DNA of 64,000 nucleotides from Camelus ferus (Eukaryota): assembly GCF_009834535.1 (NCBI RefSeq), contig NC_045696.1:24864001-24928000 (forward strand). The letters run 5' to 3'. This document shows positions 46,196 through 60,700 of the stretch, piece by piece; position 1 is the first letter of the stretch, and each line of letters starts with the position of its first letter. Under the pieces are notes generated by a model that was not told where the DNA came from, made no database searches, and was given only the letters and a program-made list of their open reading frames with translations. A program made the translations under genes and the position numbers.

Positions 46196-49100
46196 ATATT
46201 TTTTAGAGAGTGCATCTCTGAAGAGTTGCTTTTGCAGCTTTAAAATATTTTGCAAACACTCACTTGTTCTTCATGCATCTCCTTGAAAGGAGTAGGGTTA
46301 CTGTGTACTTAATCATTTCAATCAATCTCTTCAACAAGCCTTCCTCAAGTATGACAGGTATTTGGGATACAAAAAAGAAAAATTTTGGGTTCCTAGATTC
46401 AAGGAAGTTATATCCTACTAGGAAAGCAACCTGGTTAAACATATGTTGCCATATCCTGTGATCATAGCAGAAATAATGATTATTTTGAGGTCTGGTGTGG
46501 AGCAGAGGCTGAGTATCCACTGCAGTGGAGGTCAGGGAGGGCTTGACTTATCATAGAGATGATTAAACTGGTTCCTGATAGATGTTTATGAATTAGCTCA
46601 TGCTAAGAGAGGGGCATGGAAGAGAATGTGGCTTAGTACAGTTGGGAGTATGAGGCAAGATGGGAGCACAGATGTGATACAAGTAGGTCAGATTATATGA
46701 GGTTTGTGCGTCATAGAAAAAGGAGCTATTCTAGTCAGGACCTATTTAAGATTATCAGGTAAGAACAGAGCATGAGCATACTTGTGTTTTTTAAAAAAAG
46801 ATATCTCTTGTATGCCTTACTGGAGAGGTTGTTACCAACCCCTCTGCATGGACCCCGAACACACAGAGGTAGGATAATAAAAGATGTTAGCTACAAAAGG
46901 AGAATAAAAGGTGAAGGGATTCAGCATAGTGATACACTGGAGTTTTGCCACAGCAGCCTGAAAGAGCAAAAGAAACGTGCATGGCTGTGTAGACGTGGCA
47001 TTAATGCAGCATATTTTTCTTCATCCCTTCTCTAATTACGTGTTGAGATCCCCTCATGAGGGCCAGCAAGAGGAAAGTGGAAGTTATGTTAAGTGTCCTC
47101 AAATGGAGTGAGTGGCAACACAAGAGAAACAATTAAGGATTGCTATATCCCATCCATCTGAAAACTGCATGGGTTTTCATCTTAAAAGAACATATAACAG
47201 CCTTTCTTTCTGGCAGTAGCAGGGACGTGAGGAACACGGCAGACTGAGCTGACCTACATAATAGAGAGAAAATCTGGATAGTATCTGCTATTTGAAGGGA
47301 CACCAGTAGTGATGATTTGAAAATCCATGCTTGGCAAATATATAGATCCTAAATGAGTGAGATCAGTATTCTAGGCTCAAATTGCATCACATCTCTGCAA
47401 TTCCTCCTCCAAATAAGTGTATTTTTTGTTCACTCAGTTTTTTTTTTTAAAGAAAGAGATCATGATAAGGGTCTTAAATGTTATTTTTATTTTCTCTTTC
47501 TTTCTAGGAAATAAATCACTGACTAATAATTTATATATTTACTTATGTCCCTGGGTTGGGGCAAGGGAAGGTGTTAAAGATCTCCCAAATTTTCCCATTG
47601 AGATGATTTTTCATGTGAGCAAAGCTGAAAATATAAATTGAATATAGAATTTGTGCTGTGGATAAAAGTCAAATGTCTACTTATAACATTTGTTAATCAT
47701 ACACATTATATAAGACGATATAATTTAGAGATTCTCATGGTTGATGAAACAATTTACTCAAACTCTTCACATGCATTTTTAAATACCAAAGTCTTTTTCT
47801 TTTAATCAGTTAAGCCCTCTCTAAAGGTATCTAACAGGGTCTTCTAGGCCATAGTGTTCCTGTCTAAGTTGTCTCAGTTATAGAACTTTTGGAATTTGTA
47901 TTGTTACAGCAAAATTCCTTTTGCTTGTTTGACAGTTTCTCTCACTATGATGCAGAACAAAAATGCACTAAAAGGACTAAAATCCATAGTTCCCTGCTCT
48001 AGAAACAAAATTATTACCAATTTCTTAGTATATCCCATTAAACTGTTTATTTAAAGTAACCATTAAGTAAAATGATTAACTGCAATTTTGATGTTACACT
48101 TTTAGGAATAATTATTAAGTTTTTGAAATATTTATATTCCTTCTGACTCTGATGGGTCTATAAGTCTCCCAAATCTGGGTAAAGTAGCCACACCTGTTAC
48201 ACCCACATGGCCAGTCTTTGGATACAGGCTGTCCATGGGAAGAGGCTGTGAACGTGGATGAGAAGATTTTATTCAGCTGTGAGCGTTGCTGCAAGGAACC
48301 AGCGGTCAGTCCTCCCAGGAGCTGGATGGATGATGCTTTAGTGCTGAAGACGGCACTGGGGAGGCAGAGTAACTCCTTCGTCAGCAGAGCTAGAGCGTGG
48401 GGGATGCACAGTGGTTAGGACAGTGGTTAGGCGTTTAGTGCTTGGCCAACTGTCCACACAGTCTGCTGCTGGCCTCCTCTTCATCCATTCCCAAACGGGC
48501 CATTTAGGCCTAGAAGCTGACCGCTGCTGCTTTACCACACTTGGAGTGCCAAAATCCTGCATGAGTCTCCCCATGACCCCTTCTGCCTGCACAGCCTTGT
48601 TGCTACTTTTTTCTGGGACCTTTCTGTCTCCAGGGATATTTCTAGAAAACTGCTCTTAGGTCCCCACTGCTCATCAAGGGGCCCCTCTGTTTCCCCTCAT
48701 CTCAACCATGCCGAGAGAATGAGAGGTATGGAGACTGGATTTTTTTCCTAATCTGGGGACAGCCTTTCCCCTTTCACACATATACAGGTCTTTCTCACTC
48801 AGCAAAATGCTTCTTTCCACCAGTTCCATGATCCTTCTAAATTCTAAGGCGTAGGCTTCTAGAAGTTAAAAGACTGAAGGAGTTGCAGGTTTCTATTCCT
48901 TTCCGTGAAATTCTTCCTTTCTGTTTCTCTAAATCATGGAAGCCAGAATAGCCTTGCTCCTAGAACAGGGATGGAAGGCCTAAGAAAATACTGAAAATAA
49001 AAAAGAACTCCCCCAAACTGACATTACGGAAACATTACAGTCACTGTATTCGAACTATATGATGGTGATGAAATGAAAAGGGGGAAGTTTCAAAAGATAC

Positions 49101-50627
49101 AAAGGAGAGAAAAATCCACAAAACGTTACAATCCTTAACATACTGCATTCAAATTGGTTACAGTATGATTCTCCACTTACACTTTAGTTTCTTAAAAGTA
49201 GGGAATATTTTCATCATTATCTAGGAGGTACTTAGCATATAATAAAATTCTACATGTTATTTAAATTTTGAAAGTGTCTCCAACATTAGCTTATCCAAGT
49301 CAATTTCTCTGGTTCTATAAAGCTAAGCTAAGCATATTCTCTTCCATGCTTCCAGGTATAGTATATAACCTGTGCTATAGCATTTGCAATTTTTCTTTGC
49401 AATTGTTAATTTAATCATCATTAGACCAAGAACTCTTCAAAGCCAGAAGATATGTACCATTCATCTTTCCATATGTGATGTTTACTGATAACTGATTCTT
49501 CAGTCTGGAGGTGACATTCATAGTTATAGTAACATAGATAGATGACAACTTAAGTCTGTGATGTTTGGCACTGACACCCCAATCTATAGTGAAATTTAAT
49601 AAAAAAAAAAACACCCAGAAAAGTGGGTTGTATATGTTAGAAATACATCTATTAAGTTAGCTAAATAATTGAGAGAAGTTCACACCATTAGCTCCCTGGA
49701 ACATCTGTTTCATCAGAACTTTCCATTATCCAAAACTACCATATCAGCAAAATATTTTTTGAATATCCCAACTACATTCAGGTTTTATTTCTTTTTAATA
49801 CTACTCTGAGTTGAATTCTAAAGGGTATAAGGTCCAGTTTTACCAGTGAAACATACAACACATTGTCACAAGAGGGCAGCCTTTTAACATAAATTGTTCC
49901 TCAACCTGTAGTCATTCCTTGAAATTTTAAGAAACTTTAATTCACGTAGCTAAATGATAAAACAATGCAAAACGGTTTCAAGCAGATACTTTGCACTATG
50001 CATGTTTTTTCATATGACTTCTAATGAAAACTATTTAAAATCCATAAGGAAAACAAGAGCTGAATTGTTTCACATAGAAAGATGGGTTTATATAGGTTGC
50101 ATCTTTTAAACATCAACAGTAGGTCGGTGGCTGAGTTGAGTGCACCTAAATTTCATGTGATCAAATGTGAAGTTCCCCTCTGAGCTATCCAAAATTCTGA
50201 CCAAACAAGGGCAAGCTGGAAGCATCTAGACTGATATATTACCCAAACGCAAATGAATGTCATTGGATGTATGTTTCTAATTTTTAACCTATTAAAGTGT
50301 CTAAAGACAGTGCTATTTGGCTATATTGATAAAGAGTAAATGGTAGGATGGTTTGGTGTATGGCTGGGCTTATCTGTAAGACATACAGATAACACCCTCA
50401 TCTCTCAGCAGAGTCAGCATCTCTCCCTGCATGTCTCCCTCTCTCCTCAGCTGAAAAGTCACCTCTCCCGAAGTCAATGTTCTTTCCAGGAGTAGCCCAT
50501 GGTGCTATAAATGCCTGGCCCCAAACTGCCCCATTTTGCTCCAATTTGGGTTTCTTTACCTACAGAACTGGACACTCTCCCAGCCAGCTGTGTTTTCACA
50601 AGCCCTCCAGGTGATTCTGTTTGAGAA

Positions 50628-50657
50628 CTACTGGCAGCTACTGGCAGCTACTGGCAG
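50628..50657. repeat. Perfect 10-bp tandem repeat (CTACTGGCAG)3 at the end of a MER5-like fragment
   Basis: Read directly; preceded by tgtgttttcacaagccctccaggtgattctg...ttgagaactactg (hAT MER5-like). Confidence 0.85.
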
Positions 50658-53566
50658 AGAATAAGGGCCAAATTCCCTTTGTGGTTTAAAGACTGCAGTT
50701 AGTTTTCAGCCTTAATACCTCTCTCCTATCCACGGCCTGGTCCTCAGCTGCTAACACACACTTATCTGTAGGCTAAACCTCACTCCCTGTCTCTAGGACC
50801 AACCTGACCTACAGTAGAAAGGATTGGAAAGGCTCACATTGAGACTGACATTTCTGCATCACCTCTGACAGTTGTGGAGTCTTCTAACTATGATCTTAGG
50901 CTACCCCATTTGTTTCTAGTCCCAAGGTCTTCCTCTCTACCACTGTCTACCTCATAATTACCTCAATAATCTGGTAAATAAGTTTCTGACCCCAAAGAAT
51001 CCATATTCCTGAGTTTGTCTTTTTGTAATTGGCATAATTGTTACTCTCACTGCCTGGAAGTCCCAGCAGACAGACTCCTGCCTTGGCTTTTAAATTTTTT
51101 AATTATAAACCTCATTTTATTCTAAAACTGGATCTCTGCTTTTTTTTTTTCTCCCGTTGGTAATTTCACTCAAACTAAAGGCCCAATCTCTTTCTGAATT
51201 TCAAGTATTGACAATTCTAGATGCCCTTTTGTGTGTGATAAACTCTTTCATCTTAGACACCATTTCCAATTCCATTTATCTTGAATGTAATTTAAATAGG
51301 TTAATATGTATTACTTCCCAGTAGCAAAGACTTTCTTTACCAGACCCTGAAGGGGGTGGTCAGTCTAACAGCATGTGCCCCACTCCTTCTGTGGACTTCA
51401 TGTCAGAGCTACTAGGCCTTTTCCTTTTTACTAATTACCCATCTTGGTTATCGGTAACTGGAGCCGCTCCACGAAGTTCCAAACTCATGCTCATGAATCA
51501 GTGCAATTTCTGAGGTTGACACAAGCTGTGAAATGAACCTGTCTTAAATGTGGAATTACCCTGTATAGGGGCAAAAAAGAACAGTTTTTTCTTTTCTGAT
51601 AGCTCTTTACTTGTTCAACAATATTCACTGGTCACTGGTTTGTGAGTTTTGAAAGTTTTTTTTTTTAAATTAGTGAAGAACTACTCTTCCCTTTATTTGC
51701 CTTTTGGTTGCAAGTGGAAATTGCAGACGGTCTATTTAGACTTTGATACCAACTAAGCACTCTTGAAAGAGTTTGAGAATTGCTCTAGGACTCCAGATAA
51801 AACTTTTCTTCCCTGGGAGAAAACTAAATTATATTACTGTGTCTACCCTTTGAAAATTTGTTAACTATATATTTAAAGCATGTATCATAGGCATAGGCAT
51901 GACCTTTTCTCAAAATAAGATGGAGTACATTACAAAGACCAATTGTTGGGTGACGTGACATGATTATAAATTCGTATGTTTTTTATTTGGATATGGATGA
52001 CATTGCATAGGGCAAAAAAACAAACAAACAAACAAAAAACCTTTTGTCAGGCTCTTCAGTTTTGAAACCTCGGTTAGGACACAAACATTTTGAGACTAAC
52101 TCTAGAGAATCCTTCTCTTGATTCCCTAGGTTAGGCAGTAGGTGGGGGTGAGAAAAGACAGGATAAATAGCTTAGGAAGAAATTTCTAACATAGCTTAGA
52201 AGTTGATGGAAAAAAATCTCTCCTCACTTCAGACTGAGTCTCATATTGGAGACTTGATTGTTGAAAATGGATTTGGAGAATCCAAGAAGAGTGGTAAAAA
52301 GCAAAATCCTCAAGTCTCCTGTAGGAACAGGAGAAATATCTGCAACACGGTGGCATCAGACTGGCCTGGGAGCCCTTCTGTGACCTCATCCTGGACACTT
52401 GCTCTCAAGAGAAAGTGAGGTGCTTAATCAAATTAGTGCATTTTATGTAGTAGGTGGGGAGACAAGGGAGCTTCATCATGATCCTGTGGACTTGATATTA
52501 GAAATATGTGTTACAGACCTGGCAGATCTGAATAGGTCTTGTGGTTGGGCTTGGAACAAAGTGGACAATTGATCTTCATGCACAAAAGACTGAAGATCCA
52601 ATAAGAATAAGTCTATTTCAATGGTTAAGTTTTGGTACTACTTCCAACCTACTGCAAAATCTCAACAATTTAATAAACCCCTACCTGGTGCTTAGAATCT
52701 AGATCCAAATCTGGGGAGAGAATGAGGGGAATGTAAGTGGCAATTAATTTTGCCTTCTAGTGGCTGAGTACACGGCACGTCCGTGCACCAGCCACTGTCA
52801 TCCTTTTGGTGGTAGTTTATAGCAATTCTCAGTCTTGTAAATAGGAGAAAATAACTTGCTAATTATAAAGTGACCCTTGCCTTTATACATTTATAAAATG
52901 ATGGGAAACATAACACATCTGTCAAGCCAGATATGAACATGGAACACACTATGTTCCTTATCCCTAAAGACTGATACCATGCACACAGCTAATCTTTGTG
53001 TGAGATAGAGTGGAATTTATTTAAACTAGTAAGATTTAAAAATCTACATTTTACCTCCTGATGATAAAAATCACAGTAACTCATCAATATTCAATCTGAA
53101 ATATAAATATTTCAATGCATTTTGAGCTTCATTAAACTTGTATCAGGAGAGAAACTCATTAAATTCTTTGGAAGAACTAAAAGCAAAATTTTAAAATATA
53201 AATTATGAGGGAACTTGGATAGTATATCAGTGAAAAATTATGTAAAGTTGCACTGAAAATTTTTCATCTGTACATAATAAAGCATTAAATCTAATCACTA
53301 CAGTCCATTTTTGTCTCAAACTAGAAAAAATCTGATTACAGGTAAAGAGAATTACTAATGATAATAATTTTAAAATAAAATTTATGTTAGGAACTTGGCT
53401 AGCTTTTTGCAGCATTAAAATTTATCTCTATAATTCAAAGCCTTGTGCCCCATTAATCAGCATTTTATGAACTGAATGGAATTAGGTAAACTTATTTATC
53501 AATTTATGACTGAAGGACTTTTAGACAAACTCAAAAGAAGTACCTATAAATTTAATATTTTTAAAA

Positions 53567-54668
53567 GTAAACTTAAAAGCTTTTGCACAGCAAAGGAAAC
53601 CATAAGCAAAACAAAATGACAACCTGCAGAATGGGAGAAAATATCTGCAAAAGATGAAACTGACAACGACTTAATTTCCAGAATATATAAACAGCTCATA
53701 CAACCTAATAAGAAAAAAAAACAAACAACCCAATCCAAAAATGGGCAGAAGACCTAAATAAGCAATTCTCCCACGAAGACATACAAATGGCCAATAGACA
53801 CATGAAAAAATGCTCAATATCACTAATTATCAGAGAAATACAAATCAAAACTACAATGAGGTATCAGCTTACACCAGTCAGAATGGCCATCATGAAAAAG
53901 TCCACAAATAATAAATGCTGTAAAGGGTGTGGGGAAAAGGGAACACACCTACACTGCTGGTGGGAATATAGTTTGGTGCAGCCATTAAGGAAAACTGTAT
54001 GGAGATTCCTCAAAAGACCAAAGATAGTCTTACTATATATGATCCAGCAGCCCTACTCCTGGGCATATATTCAGAAGGAACTTTAATTCTAAAAGATACA
54101 TGCACCCCAATGTTCACAGCAACACTATACACAATAGTCAAGACTTGGAAACAACCTAAATGTCCAGCAACAGATGACTGGATAAAGAAATTGTGGTATA
54201 TTTATACAATGGAATACTACTCAGCCATAAAAAATAATAAAATAATGCCATTTGCAGCAACATAGATGGACTTGTAGATTGTCATTCTAAGTGAAGTCAA
54301 CCAGAAAGAGAAAGAAAAATACCGTATGATGTCACTTACATATGGAATCTAAAACAGAGACAAATAAACTTATTCACAAAACAGAAACAGACTCATAGAC
54401 ATAGAAAACAAACTTACGGTTACCAGGAAGGGAAGGGAGTAAAATGGGAGTTCAAGATTTGTAAATACTAGCTATTCTATATAAAATATATAAACAACAA
54501 GGTTATATTGTGTAACACAGGGAACTATATTCAATATCTTATAGTAACCTATAATAAAAAAGAATATGAAAACAAATGTATACATGCATGACTGAACTAT
54601 TATGCTGTACACCAGAAAATGACACATTGTAAAGTGACTATACTTCAATTAAAAAAAATGGAAAAAAA
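53567..54668 (+). mobile_element. Relatively young 5'-truncated L1 (~1.1 kb; ORF2 C-terminus, 3'UTR, A tail), frameshifted
   Basis: ORFs 53787..54086 ([26 protein letters not shown]...HCWWE) and 53999..54265 (DTCTPMF...TWKQPKCP...WIKKLWYIYTMEYYSAIK) are consecutive L1 ORF2p pieces in different frames. Confidence 0.95.
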
Positions 54669-55329
54669 GTCATTGATAGTAAGTTTTTAGCACTTGAAGA
54701 TTATCAACCCAAAAATTAAACCATTCTATGTGACATAGTATAGTCATTTCTTGTGTAGTAGCAGGATTTGAGCCTAAATGATAAAAGGACTTGGGTATTT
54801 CATGGAATAATGTAGCTTTATTGTTGGCACTTTACCTTTCTTTTAAATTCTAGACTGAGTGTGCTTCTCTTTTGTTCTTTAAACAAACAGCAAAATTACC
54901 TGGATAATTTTCAACTAGCATGGGTCTAGCATGTAACTGAAAATACAGTCAGTTATCAACAAATATTGGTTGAATAAATGGATGTACTGTACTTGCAAAG
55001 TAACTAAGCGGTCAAGTTTATGGTCAAAACTGGCTTTCACATAGAAAAGAAAATTGAGTTTGGAGAATATTAATGAGATGCATGTGGTTGAATAAGGCAA
55101 AGCCAGACTGCACAGTGGAATCATCAGGGAACTGACAGTAACAACGAAAAATTTAGAAATTTGGGTGTTATCCCTTAAGATACTAATTCAGTTCCTATAT
55201 ATATTTTAAAATTTTCAAGGAAATCTACTGTGTTTTGAAAATCTCTGGATTAAGGGATAAAGAAGGCAAGTAATGTAACAATATGTGTATCAATCAATTT
55301 AGAGAAATTAAATTCCATTGTTTAGAAAA

Positions 55330-56220
55330 TGTAGATTTTATCAGTATTTTTTCCTTTGTATTCTTCATATCGGAAAACTTGACTTTTCAAGTTGATGGTA
55401 TTTTCTTCTGCCATCTTTAGTAAGCCCATAAAGTAAATTTTTCATATCAGATATTGTACTTTCAGTTCTAGAATGTCTATTTCCTTATCTCTATATAGTT
55501 TTTATTTCTTACTTGAAATTCCCCATATATTCATATGTATGACCACCCATTTTTTAATCTTGAACATACTTTTAAGAGTTAAAGTCTTTGTCTTCTAATT
55601 CCAAAATATAGGACATCTCAATGTCTCTGTCCATTGTCTGCTTTTTAAATGTCATCTTTTCCTCTTTTTATGCCTACTTATTTTTAATAATGTACTAGAT
55701 TTTGTGGCTGATACATTGTAGAGACTTTGGGTTCTGTTATTTTCCTTTAAAGAGTGATTGCCTTCTAGTATAATGCATCTATCTATACTCAAAAATCAAA
55801 CTTTCATTCCTTTGTGGTGAGTAGTAATTGAAGATTCTGCTCTAATCCCCCAGCTATTGTTTTCTGCTGCGATTTAATGGAGTTTCATCTATGCATGTGC
55901 AATTTGGGGGTCACCCATAATCTGAATGGAGTTTATATACATATTCCAGACCTTAACTATCTGTGACATTCTCCTCTGTGACTCATTTGTATGGGATTCT
56001 CTCCCACCTCACTCAATTTCCCACTCCTCCATTCTTTTAGCCTGAAACTCTGCACTCTTATTCATTAAGCTACAAAAAATTTACTGCTGCAATTAACAGC
56101 CATCCAATTCTTCACAGACTGCAGAGTGTCAGCAGATAAAGCTGTGTTAATGCAAACTTAACCAATGCAGTTATCTTTTTTCAATGGTCAAATGTTCTGT
56201 CAGTGGTTGAAGACTCTGAT
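55330..56220 (-). mobile_element. Old L1M/HAL1-type 5'-region fragment
   Basis: ttttcatatcagatattgtactttcagttctagaatgtctattt...gatacattgtagagactttgggttctgttattttcctttaaagagtg. Confidence 0.5.
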
Positions 56221-57624
56221 TTCTTCATGTTTTCTTTTTTCTATGACAATCACATGTTTTTTATTAATGTTTTGATTAGAGTTTATAATTTTTCCTTTGC
56301 ATTTGGGTCAGATATGAGCTACTACCACATCACTGTAATTTTAACTTTTATACATCATGTTTTGAGAAATCTCTCTATATTTAAATGATTTTTGAAGGTA
56401 TAAATCCCTCTGTAAACAGAATCAAGTCTCGAATTCCCAATTTCCCTTGTAGGTTTATGTGCATATGAAACTCAGGCTCAGCTAATTATATACATTCATA
56501 CATTTGAAAGTAATAACAATGATAAAAGGTATTATTTGTAGATATTTTAGTTGATACAAGGAAGGCTAACAATAACCAACCTTCACCAAAGAATTCTGCC
56601 TTCAGTGATTGTTTTCCTGTGGATAAGTGGTTAACTTCATGCTACAGAAGCTGGAACTGTGTTGTGGTGATGATGGATTCTGATAATCTGGTTTTGTCTT
56701 TTTTTTTTTTTCACTTAAATACTATCTCACCTTTGTTTCTGGTCCTGCTACTTATTATATAATTAATACCTAATATACAATTTGATTGTAGCCTTTTGTT
56801 TACAATCTTAAACTGGATTTTATGGGCAAAATTCTCACTTTTGAATGAAAGGAATAGTTTTGGGTGACATTAGATCAAAGTAACAAAGCGAAATAAGGAA
56901 TAGCACATCTTATAACATTGCATTAATGAAACATTGAAAACTCAATTGTCTTTTCTAAAAAATAGGAAGTTTCTATTGTTTCTCGTTACTTTAAAATCCA
57001 TATCATTAAATTAAATTTCTGCTTCATGAACAGTTTCCAGAACTGTGCAACAGCATCCAGATCATTGCAGCAAGGGGGAAGGTGAACAGGAGACTGAAAG
57101 AGGTAGCACCGTGCAGTCATCTAGAGGGGACACAGGTGTGGACTGGGGCCTAAATACATTCTATCATGGCGTTTAGAAAACAAAAGCTATGTTGATGTGA
57201 ACTTGCTAATTAATATGACTTTTAGAGACATTTCATTAACCTAAACAGTTTAGGTTTCCTGTAGATAGTCTGCATATATTCTCATCTTTAACCTTTCTGT
57301 AATGTCCCCTAATGACAGATATCACTGATTCTTAATAGCAAGGTAACAGTGGTAGTTTATAAAATTATGTTCTTAATTGTTTTTTACTAACATGTGAAGT
57401 GCTTTTTGTCTTTTAGTTCACCTCTAGAGCTAATTATGCATTCTAGGTTAACAAAAATTCCTGATCATGCTATCACTGATTTAAATTTTACAATGTAACT
57501 CATTATTTCCATTTATTACTAGCCTGCATTATGGTGATATGTGCCTAATGAGTTCTCAGAATGTTGTCTTGAGAGGTTAAAGAGTGCCTCAAATAAATGC
57601 CAACATTAATTTATTTGTGCAAAT

Positions 57625-57710
57625 CTTCATTAGTGTCCTTTAGGGTTAAAAAAGAAAACTTTTTTGGAAAACTTCAGTTTTCTTTTTAACCCCAAAGGAC
57701 ACTAATGAAG
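57625..57710. repeat. Near-perfect inverted repeat (36/35-bp arms, 15-nt spacer)
   Basis: 57625-57660 cttcattagtgtcctttagggttaaaaaagaaaact versus the reverse complement of 57676-57710 cttcattagtgtcctttggggttaaaaagaaaact: one mismatch and one 1-nt indel. Confidence 0.93.
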
Positions 57711-60700
57711 TTAGGATATGAAGCACTCTCTGGTTAATAAAACTGTAAAAGTTAAAATGGATTATTTTATTTTTTCCCTCATACTCTGATGATTATATGA
57801 TTTTTTTAAAAACATGTTTAATTCTTAAAGGCTGTCTAGTGTCCGTTTTATTCAAATGGATAAATTACTCAGTTTAGTTGGTTGTTGAAATTTGAGCAAC
57901 ATTTCTTTCTTTTGTTTAATATAATTGCTGACCAGTCTAGGTCTCCAGAGTTACTGGTATATGTGAAATCATATAAACAGTAATTAAACACCTATATATA
58001 AAGCAGATAGCTTTCTGTAGCAAACTTTGTGCTTATATTATAAATCCTGTGCAACCAGACATCGATTCCTTCAATTTATAAACTGTGAATACAAGTGGAA
58101 GTACTGTATAGTAAAGATAGCATACAATTTAAATTATGTAAAACTTGATTTTGAAAAAAATTCTTCTAAATTGCATATAAATTAATAGCATGTGGAACGT
58201 ATAAAGAACTGTCTATAGGTGAGTAAGTAAAGACATCTATGAATAAAATACAGTTTAGTAAAGTGCTTTTTTTTCTATATTTATATCTTTATGTTGAAGG
58301 GTTTCCAGAAATAGTTAATGCTACAGGGCACTGATCATGTGGTACAGGACAGGAGACAAAGGATGGGATGGAGGTGAAAATGAAGAAAAAACAGAAATAA
58401 GCCTTTAAGTGGAAATGCTTTTATAAGACAATGATCAGATGGGAGGTAATTTCAAATCTTAACTTTACACCAGGTAGCATTTTCTGAATGCACCACAGAA
58501 GACAATGGATCATCTGTTTATGTAGATCATGCCAGTGCAACAAGCAATAAAGAATATTTAGTGAAGTCTTGAAAGTGGTTGATTATGGATGAATGATTTA
58601 TATTTATGTTAAAAGCAAGTAAGTTTGATTTTAGGCGGTGTTATAGGTTTCCTGAAAATATCCCAACAGATTTTCTAGGGGTGATAGTTGGCAAATTTCA
58701 GCTCCAAACAGCTACCACCATCAGTGTCTATAGGACATTTGCAGTTGGATTTATCCTACCAGGATAAAATATTATATGGTAAAATTAATTGAATCCTACA
58801 AGTGAAAAGCTAGGCTACCACAGTTCTTCCTTCTTAATGATTGATTTTCATAAGTTTCTTCATTCATGTCCTTGTAGGTAGAGTAACACTCTTGAGACCT
58901 TCTTGTGAGACCCATGGCCACCAATATAACTGTGATCTATAACTAATTAGACCACTTACAGAAGGCTGATTAAATTAAATTAAAAGTAATTTCCTAATTG
59001 GCCTATTCTAACATACCATAAAAAAATGATAACAGCATTTGTAACAGTATAAGCTTAAAAACATTTTAATCAAATTTTACAAACCACGAAATATACTTTT
59101 TGGTCTCATGTTTTGAAGTTTGATAGCATATATTGTTCAGTGATTAGATCATTGGAACACACAACTATAGGTAAGGACACTCAAAGGCACAAAATGAGGT
59201 TATTGATATTCAGTAGTATTTTCTAGTATCTTCTATACATTTAGCAACTTTGGCAGTGGAAGGTGTAGCCCAGAAAAAAAAAATCAATAGATTTGAAACC
59301 AAGGAAGAGGCATGAACAGCACCAGCACTTTAAATCTATTCAGATTCAGGTTAAGCAGGAGTCTGGGTAGCGCTTCCCTGGCCAGGGTCTACATCACGTC
59401 ATTGAGTGAGCCCTATTTTCTGTTGTTCAGGATGGCAATGGTGACACTATACAAAACAGTAGTTAAGAAGTTAATGTAAAATGGTTCTGTAACAACTGAC
59501 AGAATGATGGGATCAAAGGTCAACAAATAAAGATTTAAGATCAGACCATCCGTGATCAGTGGAGATACTAAATGAAATAAATATCTGGCAGTTGTGATCT
59601 TGCAACCGTGCTTTTATGGGATTCTTATCATAAACAAGACCTTGTTGTTTCCATTTGTGATGGAACTAAAGTGTCCATTTCCCATGAAGTTCCCATAGTA
59701 TTATCTAATAATGAAAGATTTAATGATAGTACTGATGTGCCCACTATGACTTCAACAAAAGAAGGGTGTTTGCTAAATTCTGACTACCTGAACTGAGAGT
59801 TGACTTCCTTTCTTCTCTCATGGCTGTTCTCTTGAAATGCTGCAGCTTCCTGAGAAACTGGAATCTCATAAATCCTAGAATTCTCTATGCAGCAATGAAG
59901 ACCACCTGGTATCAAAAGAAGTAAAATTTTGTATTAGAAGAAATGCACTTTCTTGTTAATCTTCAATAGAGCAAGCACTGGTTTGTATTGAATATTTCTG
60001 CAGTTAATATGGACTAAGCTTGGATCATGATTTTCTGGCTATTTAACATAGAAGACAACATTTAGTTTGGGAAGTGTTATTTTAATATGTGATATGAATA
60101 GTGCCATTTATAAAAGTCTATCTTTCAGTCACTTGAATTGTCAAACTGGCGTAACCAAGAGGCATGGTTAGAGCCCTTCACTGATAACACTATAGTAGAG
60201 ACAGATAGAGGTATCTCTGTCTGATTGGGCAGGATTTTGACCTTTTTCCTACTTTTCTGGGTTGGGGAGCTGGGGATATGTATTTCTTTCACATGTCCTT
60301 CCAAATAATGCTCTTCTGTGTGCTTTCCATGGGATTGCACTTGGGAACAACTGATGAAGGGAATTAGAATTGCTATGCTCAGGAAGACTCATCCATTTTT
60401 CAAATGCGTGCATAGTAATTTTCCTAGACCAATGCTCTACTTTTGAAATTGTAAATTTTGGATATTGACTGACAAGTGTAATTCCCTAAAGTAATAAAGT
60501 CTGACTTAGGTGTACTATGCTTTATGGTAAAATTGTACAGACTTTGAATCATCATTCACTCCTATTATGTTTCTTGGTTTTCTAAGTTTCAGGACAGTAT
60601 TAGAGTCTCTCCTTCATATACAGTCATAAATCAGAAGGACTAAAGCAAACTATCCAGTTATTAGAAACACATCAAATTCAGCATTTAGGATATGACAGCT

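Noticed and set aside
51343..51362. CTCF-like motif cctgaagggggtgg
   Set aside because: It mismatches at core positions and cannot be supported without a PWM scan or ChIP data.
53787..54265. Active L1 ORF2 or a novel protein
   Set aside because: It is 5'-truncated and frameshifted, with no endonuclease or RT domain.
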